A stretch of DNA of 63,364 nt, filler included. It is 3 parts of 3 records of this genome, joined end to end, with 100 filler letters (N's around TTAATTAATTAA, not from the genome) between each part and the next. Parts side by side here need not be neighbours in the genome. Positions count along the whole stretch, not along the records: positions 30,369 to 55,502 come from SRR22947725_2441; 2 more parts are not named here. One strand, given 5' to 3'. A program made the translations under genes and the position numbers. This document shows positions 31,709-41,312 of the stretch, one piece after another. The notes beneath the pieces were generated by a model. It was not told the origin of the DNA and searched no databases. It worked only from the letters and a program-made list of their open reading frames with translations. Numbering within the stretch: the first letter of the stretch is position 1; each line of letters begins with the position of its first letter.

Positions 31709-31737
31709 AAAAAAGGGAGCTAAAAGCTCCCTTTTTT
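31709..31737. terminator. Intrinsic terminator
   Basis: AAAAAAGGGAGCT-AAA-AGCTCCCTTTTTT just past the stop of 31753-32451. Confidence 0.9.
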
Positions 31738-31752
31738 ATACTTAAAATAAAG

Positions 31753-32451
31753 CTATTTGCTTGCAGTATAGAATTGCTCACATACTTCAAACTGATCATT
31801 AACAACATCATCAACTAGCAGTAGTGCTTCTCTATATGTATTACCCCACGATGCTCCTGCAAAATAATCATCTATTAATGCGCCATGAGTATCTACATTT
31901 GAAGTTATTGATTTAAGGTAATAAGTACCAGCCTCAGTAACGCCACCACCTATTGCTACAAACAAACCATTCATGAAGGTATCATGACCAGCAGCCTGAA
32001 CTTCTTTCTCGAGTCTAGTTACTACTTGAACTAACTTTGGAAGATTTGCTCTTGAAACTTTAATACGCATAGCTCTCTCATATCCAGGATCTAGTCTAGG
32101 AAAAGGCTTTATTGGGGCCCATGTTGCTCCATATTTAAATTTACGCATTTTTGACATTTCTTTAGGCGCTTTGCTTGGATCATATTTACTTGCGCCTTGA
32201 AGTGCGCTTGTTACATCTGAAAAAGCACTCCACATCATAAGCTGGCCTTTATAATCTCGTCCAGATATTGTTTCGCAATATCCTGCAGCATCAGCCCCTA
32301 TTGCTTCATATAAAGCTGTATTAGATTTAACTGATTTAATATAGGCATCAGTGTTCTTAGCACTAACCATTACAGTTGTGAATGCACCTTCAGAAGTAGC
32401 ACTCATGCTGAAAGTTAATACAAAAATTGATATTAGTTTTATTTTATTCAT
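31753..32451 (-). CDS. Exported hypothetical protein
   Basis: Signal peptide, strong GAGGAG RBS, own terminator. Confidence 0.8.
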   Translation of the reverse strand: MNKIKLISIFVLTFSMSATSEGAFTTVMVSAKNTDAYIKSVKSNTALYEAIGADAAGYCETISGRDYKGQLMMWSAFSDVTSALQGASKYDPSKAPKEMSKMRKFKYGATWAPIKPFPRLDPGYERAMRIKVSRANLPKLVQVVTRLEKEVQAAGHDTFMNGLFVAIGGGVTEAGTYYLKSITSNVDTHGALIDDYFAGASWGNTYREALLLVDDVVNDQFEVCEQFYTASK

Positions 32452-32621
32452 TTAGACTCCTCTTAAAAATTATTACATTATAAATATAACTGTAAAAAGA
32501 GATTAAATGAAGAAATACAAAATAATCATTTTTGTATGAGGGGGTATTAAACACTTATGGCTATTCAACCTTATCCATTTGACTGTTAGACTATTAAGCA
32601 TATTTAATTTTTAAGGTATCA

Positions 32622-33116
32622 ATGAATATTTGTCAAAAAATAATATATTTAGGCCTAGCAACAATAACTACATTGTTAATTTTTCATCTTGAAAAGCTTG
32701 AGGATCGTGTAAGAGTTCTTGAAGAAACAATAGAAGAACAGATCGAAAGAGCTGGAGAGATAGCAAAAACAGCCCACACTAATGAAATTATTTTAAGAAA
32801 TAACTATGTCCTAACAGACACAGAGATATCTTTGTCGAAAGATATACTTGGAATAAAATGCAATTTACAAAATTCTTTTAATTCTGACATGGAGCTAAAA
32901 GATGAAATCGATATCCTATTGAATAAAACTAAAGATAGCCTAGTGCTTAATGACATTACTTCAACTGGAAAAAATATGAATGACTATGAAAGCGGTGAAC
33001 AGTATATGTTTTGGGGCGATGACCCCGATTTAAGCTATATGATAAATATTCCAAAAAAAGAATTTCATATTCATACTCATGACGGAAGTATGGTTATATA
33101 TAAATGTAATTTATAA
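32622..33116 (+). CDS. Hypothetical protein (N-terminal TM helix plus coiled coil)
   Basis: Hydrophobic N-terminus followed by heptad-like LEDRVRVLEETIEEQ; AAGG RBS. Confidence 0.65.
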   Translation: MNICQKIIYLGLATITTLLIFHLEKLEDRVRVLEETIEEQIERAGEIAKTAHTNEIILRNNYVLTDTEISLSKDILGIKCNLQNSFNSDMELKDEIDILLNKTKDSLVLNDITSTGKNMNDYESGEQYMFWGDDPDLSYMINIPKKEFHIHTHDGSMVIYKCNL

Positions 33117-33298
33117 TGATTACTGATAAGAATGAGGCGGTTATAAATAAAATTTTAGACATTATTGATTCAGATAATTTAGAAGCCTCGCCAAAACAAG
33201 ACCTTATTAATCACTTAAAAAAAAGGGTTAGTATCTCCAATCTTGAAAAAGAAAAAATTGATGAGTCTTTGAGAATATTACAAAACCTTAAAGACTAA
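33116..33298 (+). CDS. Small hypothetical protein
   Basis: 60 aa, TAATG coupling to the upstream ORF. Confidence 0.55.
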   Translation: MITDKNEAVINKILDIIDSDNLEASPKQDLINHLKKRVSISNLEKEKIDESLRILQNLKD

Positions 33299-33320
33299 TT
33301 AAGTCCCTAAGGTTTTGTAA
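33278..33320. terminator. Long hairpin between convergent genes (probable terminator)
   Basis: TTACAAAACCTTA...TAAGGTTTTGTAA 13-bp arms plus an inner GACT/AGTC stem; no clear U-tract. Confidence 0.55.
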
Positions 33321-33330
33321 AAAAAATATT

Positions 33331-36300
33331 TTAATTCTCTATCTTGAAGCCATTAGCAGGAACGGTAAAAGTCTTACCATCACTATAACTTACTGTAATA
33401 GGGTTGTTTTCATAATTATATGCTACATATGTAGTAACCCCATTTTTCTCAAAGGCGACTGCAGTAGGATGATCTGATGTTAATTCACCTGTTCCGGTCT
33501 GTATATGGCCAAGAGCATTAAAGGTGTGTATCCAATGATAGGTATGAGCTTTTGATTCTCCAGCCTCATTCTCATAGAGAGATACACTTTCATAGTCATT
33601 AATTGCTGCTTCACCATCAACCATAGCTATAAGATTCCACCAAAGATCTCTCCATTCATCATCAGTTTGCAAGCCTGAAGGTAATTTATTTGAGGATTCG
33701 GCTAAACCTAAATCTATATAATCCATCATATAATCCTTGTACTGACTAACATGGAAAATTAAAGGATTAGATGGCAAGCCTTGTATACCTAAAATATGAG
33801 CATACTTAGGACTAAACCAAGTGGAGAAGTCAGCACCACTACTCCATATAATTGACGTGGTTATATTTGGATATCCGTTAATAAAGTTATCATAATCATC
33901 GCCTAAGCCATTATAGCCATCTATATTATTCCAATATTGCCAATAGGCGGTTGAAGTGCTTGCGTGGAGGTAAATACCCCTATTAACTAAGTCATTATCA
34001 TCAACAATAAGACCGTATAAAATAAGTGCGCCATATGAGTTAGCTGCTTCTGATGTAGACTCATTGTTATTACCTTGCAAAGCATCAGCCTTTCCGTCAG
34101 CCCAAGAAAAACCATTTGCAGGATCAAAATTTCTATAATTTGGGAACATATCGTCAGTGTCTACGCCAGCATAATCTCTAATTAATAACTCAACCATAGG
34201 GCCATATTTATCATCCCCACACCATGATTTGTCAGTTCTGCATATCTCAGCAGCAGCTCTAACAAAGTAGCCGTAATGGAAGTGATGGTCAGCAAGCCTA
34301 GTATGAGAGCCATAGGCCTCTTCCATACCCAGTAAAGTATCCCAAGTATCATCGTAGACAAAATACCTTTCCTCATCTAACTCACCATTTGTTTCAGCAG
34401 TAAACCAATCTTCAAGTTCTGATTTTAACCAATTGGTTAAACGATTTGATTCTTCAGTTAGCCCTATTGATTTTGAGATAGCAATAAGCTCTGCAACTTT
34501 TCCATAGGCTTTGCCGGACCAATACGTGTCGTTTGTAATAGATCTATCAATCCAAACATTTTCACCCTGATCAACAAAGTCTTTTACAAGTTGAGTAAGT
34601 TTTGACACTTCAAAAGTATTATCAATTGAAGGTAATGTAGGCAAGACGCCTACATAAGGCATCGTGTAATTAAAAGAGTCCCTCTCTGCAAACTTAATAA
34701 CGCCTCTAGCGCTTCTAATTTTATAGTTAGAAGTTTGATTATTAGATGAAAACTTCCAATGCATTGGATGTAAACCAATAATGGTGTTAACTAGATTGCC
34801 ATCTTTTCCATGATACTCATGTGTTACAGTAACCGAATTATCAGACCTATCAACTTCGTAATTAATATCAACAGCTGAGATTACATTTCTTGATTTATTT
34901 ATAAAATAATCAGACATTGCATCACCTGGAATACCTGAAGACTGGGGAATATAGGTTACTGTAAATTCTCCAGTGCTATTGTTAATACTAATATTGTTGC
35001 TTGTTGGATTTGTGAATGTTGTGACCCCTTCGCCTGTGATAATAAAGTTATTTCTATTACCGGCAACATCCGTCCAAACTCCAAGACTATCGCCTTGTTC
35101 ATAGAAAACACCTTTTTCGCCACCATCTTCTCTTAGCGTTTTTAAAATTGCATTTCCATCAAAAACCTTAAAAAACACATATGGGGAGCCATGTACAAAA
35201 GTTGCCTCCATGACGTCGGTATCCCCAGACATCCATAGCGTAGTAACTGAGCCATCACTATAGTCTTTTAAGTATGCATTCATATTTGTATGCTTACTAT
35301 TAGCAATTGCTATACCATCAAAAACCTCAGTAAACCATTCGGGAGCTGCATATTGTGGGTAACAATTACCGCATAAACCACCTGCAAGTCTGAACCCACC
35401 TGGGATTCCCATCAACCTAACTCCAGCAGTGCTTAGTCTTGCTCTTATTGGGTCAGGAGAAACGTGAGCTGGTGACACAGAAGTAGGATCACCAATTTTT
35501 GTTTCGCCAACAAAAGGAATAGACCCCCACCATCGATGTGTTGCAATTTTTTTTGAAGCTGCAGGCTCTACAACCTGAGGCATAACTTTAACTGGTGCGC
35601 TTATAGGTTTTCCGGTTGAGTTATTACAGCTACTAATAAATGATTCAACAACACCCGCATTCCATATCCAAGTTGCAGCATCGTTACTACCACATTTATA
35701 ACTTTCTATATTTATTGCTGTAGAAATATTACCTGCTCCATAATTGATTATTTCATACTCACCAGTATTACCTGATCCGCCGCCGCCTCCATTATTCGGT
35801 CCAGAGGGAGGTGTTGCTCCCTCTTTAATACCTGTATATCTAACATTATCTATTTGATAAACAAGATTTTCACCAGTTTGAAAAGATGGGAAGAAAACCA
35901 TGGGCACGGTAATATTTGATAGATTTAAAGCTCCGCTTTGAGTTAATGCTGAAACAGGGAAATCTATTGATTCCCATTGCCCGTTAGCACTAATATCATT
36001 TACAGGTAACTCTCCAGAATTCTGAGTATCACTTTCAACTTTTACAAGAAAGCCATTAGGTAAATTGTCTGTACCTTTGTTAACAACCTTTATATCAAAT
36101 GATAAAGACCCTTCAGAATAATCGCTGAGGTTTACCCCTGCAGTAGGTCCCACAACTAATCCAGCATGGCCTGCATTAGATGTATATCTAACTTCTAGCA
36201 CATCTCCTCTGTCGGAACCCGAATCAACATAAGAGTAATCTACACTTTGACATGAATCTGATTTGCATGACTGATAACCATTGAGCTCATCAAAAAAGAA

Positions 36301-37071
36301 TAGAGAACTTTCTCCACCCCATATAGTAGCAACAGAACCTTCATCTATGATTTGAACATCGAGATTGGATGTATTTTCATCTACATCGGTAACAACGACA
36401 GTAATATCTTGTGTATCCGAATCTGTTCCATCGCTAGCAGTTACAGTTTCTGTATAGGTAGATTTAGTTTCATAGTCTGGAGGTGATATAAAAGTTAAAA
36501 CCCCTCCTGATGTTATAGCTAATTCAGAACCGCTAACTTGAAAGGTAATGGAGTCTCCATCAGCATCTGTTGCAGTTACAGTTCCTATAGCGGTTTGATT
36601 TTCAGCTGCTGTAAAAGTATTAGATGAAGTAATAACTGGAGCGCTATTCTCATCAACATCAGTAACTGATACAACGATCCCTACCGAACCAGTAGCCGAA
36701 CCATCTGATGCAACAACTGTAATAGAGTAATTATTATCACCACTTGCACTTCCTGGATTCTCAAAGTCAGGAGCTGTATTGAAACTTAAAACTCCTGTGC
36801 CTGAATCTATAGTAATTAGTGAGGTATCATCTCCAGTCAAGGAGTATGTAAGAGTATCTCCGTCAGCATCTGTTGCTGTAACTGTTCCAATAGCAGTTGT
36901 ATTTTCTGCAACTGCAATTGTCCCTACATTAGCAAATGTTGGTGCATTATTTGCAGGTGGTGTGGGTGGGGTTGGTGGGGTTGGAGTAGATCCTCCGCCG
37001 CCTCCGCCGCCTCCGCCACAAGATGAAATAATAAAAATTGAAGTTATCAAAAGTGATGATCTAAGATTCAT
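33331..37071 (-). CDS. Multidomain lipoprotein endo-beta-1,3-glucanase, GH81 family, with two cadherin-like repeats and a putative carbohydrate-binding module
   Basis: Lipobox ISSC, poly-Gly and Pro/Thr linker, repeated AEN.TAIGTVTATDADGD, DTYWSGK, DHHFHYGYF, NNESTSEA catalytic motif. Confidence 0.88.
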   Translation of the reverse strand: MNLRSSLLITSIFIISSCGGGGGGGGGSTPTPPTPPTPPANNAPTFANVGTIAVAENTTAIGTVTATDADGDTLTYSLTGDDTSLITIDSGTGVLSFNTAPDFENPGSASGDNNYSITVVASDGSATGSVGIVVSVTDVDENSAPVITSSNTFTAAENQTAIGTVTATDADGDSITFQVSGSELAITSGGVLTFISPPDYETKSTYTETVTASDGTDSDTQDITVVVTDVDENTSNLDVQIIDEGSVATIWGGESSLFFFDELNGYQSCKSDSCQSVDYSYVDSGSDRGDVLEVRYTSNAGHAGLVVGPTAGVNLSDYSEGSLSFDIKVVNKGTDNLPNGFLVKVESDTQNSGELPVNDISANGQWESIDFPVSALTQSGALNLSNITVPMVFFPSFQTGENLVYQIDNVRYTGIKEGATPPSGPNNGGGGGSGNTGEYEIINYGAGNISTAINIESYKCGSNDAATWIWNAGVVESFISSCNNSTGKPISAPVKVMPQVVEPAASKKIATHRWWGSIPFVGETKIGDPTSVSPAHVSPDPIRARLSTAGVRLMGIPGGFRLAGGLCGNCYPQYAAPEWFTEVFDGIAIANSKHTNMNAYLKDYSDGSVTTLWMSGDTDVMEATFVHGSPYVFFKVFDGNAILKTLREDGGEKGVFYEQGDSLGVWTDVAGNRNNFIITGEGVTTFTNPTSNNISINNSTGEFTVTYIPQSSGIPGDAMSDYFINKSRNVISAVDINYEVDRSDNSVTVTHEYHGKDGNLVNTIIGLHPMHWKFSSNNQTSNYKIRSARGVIKFAERDSFNYTMPYVGVLPTLPSIDNTFEVSKLTQLVKDFVDQGENVWIDRSITNDTYWSGKAYGKVAELIAISKSIGLTEESNRLTNWLKSELEDWFTAETNGELDEERYFVYDDTWDTLLGMEEAYGSHTRLADHHFHYGYFVRAAAEICRTDKSWCGDDKYGPMVELLIRDYAGVDTDDMFPNYRNFDPANGFSWADGKADALQGNNNESTSEAANSYGALILYGLIVDDNDLVNRGIYLHASTSTAYWQYWNNIDGYNGLGDDYDNFINGYPNITTSIIWSSGADFSTWFSPKYAHILGIQGLPSNPLIFHVSQYKDYMMDYIDLGLAESSNKLPSGLQTDDEWRDLWWNLIAMVDGEAAINDYESVSLYENEAGESKAHTYHWIHTFNALGHIQTGTGELTSDHPTAVAFEKNGVTTYVAYNYENNPITVSYSDGKTFTVPANGFKIEN

Positions 37072-37140
37072 AATATAAATATAGTAGGATTTAAGTGGAA
37101 ATTATATAGTAAAAATTTTGTTAAAAAAAGATATTAAAAT

Positions 37141-37155
37141 TGTAAATAATTTACA
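37141..37155. promoter_or_regulatory. Palindromic putative operator upstream of the GH81 gene
   Basis: TGTAAAT-A-ATTTACA, 70 bp upstream of the start. Confidence 0.35.
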
Positions 37156-37189
37156 CTTTTTGAATATGTTTTTAGTTATATATTTCTAA

Positions 37190-38869
37190 TTAATAACCAA
37201 CTGCGTGACCATCTTTTCTAGATTCAGATGCACCGTAAAAAACACCATCTTTGAGCATTATTGCTTGATAGCCACCAAAGATACCTGGTTGGTAATCTAT
37301 GATATGACCTTTAATTTTAAGCTCTTCAATAATAGTTTTAGTAAACGAATTTTCCAAACTTAGATATCCTCCATTAATCATAGTTTCACCTGTTGGTTGA
37401 GACGAACCAGTATGGACTATTCTGGGTGCATCACCAGCCTCTTGAAGGTTAAGATTAAAATCAATTATATTAATTGCTATTTGAGCATGCGCCTGAGGTT
37501 GAGTTGCTCCACCCATTACACCAAAACTTATGAAAGGCTTATTATCTTTAGTTATGAAAGCTGGAATAATTGTATGAAATGGCCTCTTTCCTCCAACCAA
37601 TGAATTTGCATGATCTTTATCTAGACTAAATAGCTCGCCTCTATTCTGTATCATAAAACCTAAACCTGGTGGGACCATTCCTGATCCCATCCCTCTATAG
37701 TTGCTTTGAATTAGGGAAACCATGTTCCCATCCTTATCTGCTGTGGTGAGATAGATCGTATCACCATCCTTTAAAGTGCCTGCAGGGACGCTAGCGGATG
37801 ATTTGAGAGGGTTGATATGCTTTGATCTTAAATCAGCATATTCTTTTGAGATTAAATAATCTATGTCAATATCATTAAAATCTGGATCAGCGTAATACTT
37901 AGCCCTGTCTGCAAAAGCTAACTTCTTTGCCTCAACAAAATGATGGATGTATTCACTACTAAATAAGCCCATTTTATTGAGGTCATACCTTTCAAGTAAA
38001 TTTAATATTTGAAGAGCTGCGATACCTTGTCCATTTGGTGGTAACTCCCAAACATCATAGCCCCTATAATTTGTTGAAACTGGCTCCACCCATTCTGCGT
38101 GGTATTGAGCTAGATCATCCGCTGAAAGGAATCCACCTTGAGAAACTACAAAATTACTCATTATTTTAGCTATATCCCCTTCATAAAAACTTGATCGCTT
38201 TGAAGTTGCAATGTCTTCTAAGGTTTTTGCTAGCATAGGGTTTTTAAAAATATCCCCTTTTTTTAAATATGCACCATAAGGCATCCATACGTCTTTAAAG
38301 TTTGGATATTTTTTAAATCTTTGTGATGATAATTCTAGATAATAAGCTATGGTTTCAGTGAGTGGAAATCCATTATTTGCATAATTAATTGTTGGTTTGA
38401 ATAATTCTTTAAATGGTAACTTGCCAAATCTCTCATGAAGTTTTATCCACCCATCTACGGCACCGGGAACAGAAACTGGCAATGGGCCATATGAAGGAAT
38501 TTTATCAAGGTTATTGTCAGTAAAGTATTCAATAGATATATCTTTTGGAGATGGGCCGCTAGCATTTAATCCATAAAGTTTTTTTGTTTTTGCATCCCAA
38601 AGAATTACAAATAAGTCACCCCCAATACCATTTCCTGTTGGTTCCATTAAACCCAAGGCTACGTTTGCAGCAATTGCAGCATCTATAGCATTTCCTCCAT
38701 TTTTTAAAATCTGAAGTCCTATTTGCGAGGCAAGTGGATGGCTTGTTGCAACCATTCCATTTTGAGCTATAACTTCTGATCTGCTGCTAAAGTCTTGTCC
38801 AGTAACTCTGTCATATGACAAAAGATTTATTGAAAAAATAATAGTTAGAAAATAGTAAAAAAAATTCAT
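37190..38869 (-). CDS. ggt: Gamma-glutamyltransferase
   Basis: GGNAIDAAIA, GIGGDLF, DTIYLT nucleophile Thr, KRPFHTIIP, GVMGG. Confidence 0.94.
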   Translation of the reverse strand: MNFFYYFLTIIFSINLLSYDRVTGQDFSSRSEVIAQNGMVATSHPLASQIGLQILKNGGNAIDAAIAANVALGLMEPTGNGIGGDLFVILWDAKTKKLYGLNASGPSPKDISIEYFTDNNLDKIPSYGPLPVSVPGAVDGWIKLHERFGKLPFKELFKPTINYANNGFPLTETIAYYLELSSQRFKKYPNFKDVWMPYGAYLKKGDIFKNPMLAKTLEDIATSKRSSFYEGDIAKIMSNFVVSQGGFLSADDLAQYHAEWVEPVSTNYRGYDVWELPPNGQGIAALQILNLLERYDLNKMGLFSSEYIHHFVEAKKLAFADRAKYYADPDFNDIDIDYLISKEYADLRSKHINPLKSSASVPAGTLKDGDTIYLTTADKDGNMVSLIQSNYRGMGSGMVPPGLGFMIQNRGELFSLDKDHANSLVGGKRPFHTIIPAFITKDNKPFISFGVMGGATQPQAHAQIAINIIDFNLNLQEAGDAPRIVHTGSSQPTGETMINGGYLSLENSFTKTIIEELKIKGHIIDYQPGIFGGYQAIMLKDGVFYGASESRKDGHAVGY

Positions 38870-38872
38870 AAT

Positions 38873-39049
38873 TTATCCCATTAATATAAATGAATCTGGT
38901 TTTTCAAATAAGAAATAAACAGCTAAGGCAATTATTAATATAAGAATTGTTTTAACGTTAAAACTAGCCTTTGATTTCAGTATAACTATTAATGAGGTAC
39001 TAATAAGCAACAATCCTAAAAAGTAATTAATAAGTTCAAATGTAATCAT
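38873..39049 (-). CDS. Small two-TM hypothetical protein (58 aa; not in the ORF track)
   Basis: MITFELINYFLGLLLISTSLIVILKSKASFNVKTILILIIALAVYFLFEKPDSFILMG*, ending 3 bp before the ggt start. Confidence 0.6.
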   Translation of the reverse strand: MITFELINYFLGLLLISTSLIVILKSKASFNVKTILILIIALAVYFLFEKPDSFILMG

Positions 39050-39097
39050 GATATTTTTATTTATAACACTTATAGATATTAAGTTATCATAATATAC

Positions 39098-39241
39098 ATG
39101 GATATTATCTTAATAATTATGTTCTTAACTTTTCTTGTTGGGGTTTGGATTGCCTCTGAAGATCTTGTTAAGTGGCAAAGATTGCTTTTATTAGCAACAA
39201 CATCCATTGTTGTAATTGCTATAGTAAGCAATGGTTATTAG
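39098..39241 (+). CDS. Small two-TM hypothetical protein (47 aa; not in the ORF track)
   Basis: MDIILIIMFLTFLVGVWIASEDLVKWQRLLLLATTSIVVIAIVSNGY*; stop abuts the next ATG. Confidence 0.6.
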   Translation: MDIILIIMFLTFLVGVWIASEDLVKWQRLLLLATTSIVVIAIVSNGY

Positions 39242-39616
39242 ATGAAGCTATTATATCTAGTATTAATATTTAGTATTAGTTATCAACTTAATGCATCGTC
39301 ATCAGATGATATTGATTGCACAAGTGAAATTGATGCTGCTTACTTTAATTCAGCCTATTTTAAAAATAGAGAGATGATTTTTTCATCTTCGAAGGCAGAT
39401 CTTGAGTTAAAAGCTCTAATGATAAATAAACTTAATATAACAGGTGTGCTTACATTAAAAGATTTGGATAGCTTATTTGAATGGGATAGAATCAATAATA
39501 TGAAATATATCTACAAAATACTTGATCTTATGGATAGAAACTATCTTATTAATAAAAAAAATGTAGAAGATTTTCTGAAATACGAAGTTAAGTTTAATAG
39601 TTACTGCGAGGGTTAA
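39242..39616 (+). CDS. Exported hypothetical protein
   Basis: Signal peptide; Cys near each end of the mature chain. Confidence 0.7.
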   Translation: MKLLYLVLIFSISYQLNASSSDDIDCTSEIDAAYFNSAYFKNREMIFSSSKADLELKALMINKLNITGVLTLKDLDSLFEWDRINNMKYIYKILDLMDRNYLINKKNVEDFLKYEVKFNSYCEG

Positions 39617-39620
39617 AATC

Positions 39621-40100
39621 ATGATGCTTAAAGCTATAATTTTAAGAGCCCTTGGGGTTTTTTTAGTTGCACTTCCCTCCAATTTGCAAGCAGATTCTGA
39701 AGACCTGATTGGGTTTAAATGTGCAGTTGTAATTACATCTAGAATCAATGACAACCAAGACCCCTTCCAATATGCTATTGATAGAATTCGAATGTGTAAA
39801 AAAAATGATATCCTTTCTGTATCTAGTTTCTTGGATACACTTACAACCAAAGTTTACTTTAATGACTTAATGCGAGGTTTTTGTGCTTTCGACAAACAAA
39901 TCATAATTGATGTAAATTCAGAATCTTCTAGTCTAAGTTGTGCTCATATTGGAAAAGAGAGACTAAGAAGAGATTTCAAGAAATCTGCTAGCTTAAGACC
40001 AAAATACGATATTGATAAAAAAGCATACAGAAACGACCCAAGCTGGAATAATAACCCTACTCCACTAAAAGAGCCCGGGCCTTCGGGAACAAGGCCCTGA
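39621..40100 (+). CDS. Exported hypothetical protein, Cys-containing
   Basis: Signal-like N-terminus, four Cys, operon-like spacing. Confidence 0.68.
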   Translation: MMLKAIILRALGVFLVALPSNLQADSEDLIGFKCAVVITSRINDNQDPFQYAIDRIRMCKKNDILSVSSFLDTLTTKVYFNDLMRGFCAFDKQIIIDVNSESSSLSCAHIGKERLRRDFKKSASLRPKYDIDKKAYRNDPSWNNNPTPLKEPGPSGTRP

Positions 40101-40107
40101 AATAAAC

Positions 40108-40485
40108 TTATACTAAGTTACAAGCCATCCAAGCAATAGCAATAATAGACGGTAACCAAATCAATGGCCTAACAAGAGGTATTTTGTATAGGTTGAATAC
40201 AGAGCCTGCTAAATAAGCTAACCTAGAAAACAACCAAATATGCATTGGTAAAGAATTGTCAACTTCTAATTGAATTGATAAAACTGACAATGCTAAAAAA
40301 AGTGGTAAGCTTTGCCTTAAGTTGTCAGATGACTGTGATAATCTTCCAGATAATTCGGTTTTCTTGGATAAATCACCACCTACATAAGTAAATTCCTTAA
40401 ATGAAATTTTATGCAATGAAAAAATCATTGGAAGAAAAAGATTTAGCAAAGAAAAAAAGATAGCAAGGACAAGAATATCAATCAT
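40108..40485 (-). CDS. MAPEG-family membrane protein (divergent)
   Basis: GRLSQSSDNLRQSLPLF resembles the MAPEG R..RA..N..E..P.F pattern; SRLAY; 4 TM segments. Confidence 0.65.
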   Translation of the reverse strand: MIDILVLAIFFSLLNLFLPMIFSLHKISFKEFTYVGGDLSKKTELSGRLSQSSDNLRQSLPLFLALSVLSIQLEVDNSLPMHIWLFSRLAYLAGSVFNLYKIPLVRPLIWLPSIIAIAWMACNLV

Positions 40486-40545
40486 ATTTATAGAAGTTAA
40501 TTAGTTCTATAACATGTTAATAAATTTTAAAGGATAATAAAACTA

Positions 40546-40698
40546 TTAACTATCAATCTCTTCATCAATAGATTTTAGCTCTATTTCATCCATTTCGTCT
40601 TCGTACACAATTTCTTTGGTATTTTTGGAGATTAATCGAGTTGAAATAAGATAAACAACAAGTATGGTAATTAAGATTCCAATTAGTTGAGCTAACAT
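40546..40698 (-). CDS. Small single-TM protein with acidic tail (50 aa; not in the ORF track)
   Basis: MLAQLIGILITILVVYLISTRLISKNTKEIVYEDEMDEIELKSIDEEIDS*; AAGGTGA RBS. Confidence 0.62.
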   Translation of the reverse strand: MLAQLIGILITILVVYLISTRLISKNTKEIVYEDEMDEIELKSIDEEIDS

Positions 40699-40751
40699 AT
40701 GATCACCTTTTAGTTATGTTTTATAATATTTATTAACTATATCAGACAAAA

Positions 40752-41312
40752 ATGAATAAATTACTATCAATAATACAAAATAGAAACTCACATAGGACTT
40801 TAGTAAAACCACATCCCTCAACCATAGAGATGGAAGAGATTTACAAAGCTGCTCTTAGAGCGCCTGATCATGCTTGGCTTAAACCATCCAATTTTATAGA
40901 AATTAAGGGTGATGGGCTTACTAAATTATCTAATATATTTGAGGAGTTTGCTTCACAGGTACTTGATATTAACGATGAGAATATTTTACAAAAATATAAA
41001 AATGCACCCTTTAGAGCACCTATGATTATTACACTGGTTACAAAACTGTCTAATCATCCAAAAGTTCCATATATTGAACAAAAACTATCAACAGCTGCTG
41101 CTGGTCAGAACATCCTTAATGCATTGGAGTGCCTTGGTTACTCAGGTATGTGGAGGACTGGTAAATTGGCTTTCAATCAAGACTTGGTAAAAATGATGGG
41201 GCTTGATAAAAATAATGAAATAATAGGATTCTTGTATATTGGAACAAAGTCAGGAAAAGAGAAAAGGCTTCCAGAAAGAAATATTAGGGACCATTTAACA
41301 ATTTGGGACTAA
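40752..41312 (+). CDS. Nitroreductase family protein (YdjA-like)
   Basis: NRNS, ALRAPDHAWLKP, RAPMII, MWRTG, GFLYIGT. Confidence 0.9.
   Translation: MNKLLSIIQNRNSHRTLVKPHPSTIEMEEIYKAALRAPDHAWLKPSNFIEIKGDGLTKLSNIFEEFASQVLDINDENILQKYKNAPFRAPMIITLVTKLSNHPKVPYIEQKLSTAAAGQNILNALECLGYSGMWRTGKLAFNQDLVKMMGLDKNNEIIGFLYIGTKSGKEKRLPERNIRDHLTIWD

Noticed and set aside
36955-37017. GC-rich short repeats (CCGCCGCCT, GGTGGGGTT) as a CRISPR or VNTR element
   Set aside because: They simply encode the poly-Gly and Pro/Thr linker of the GH81 lipoprotein
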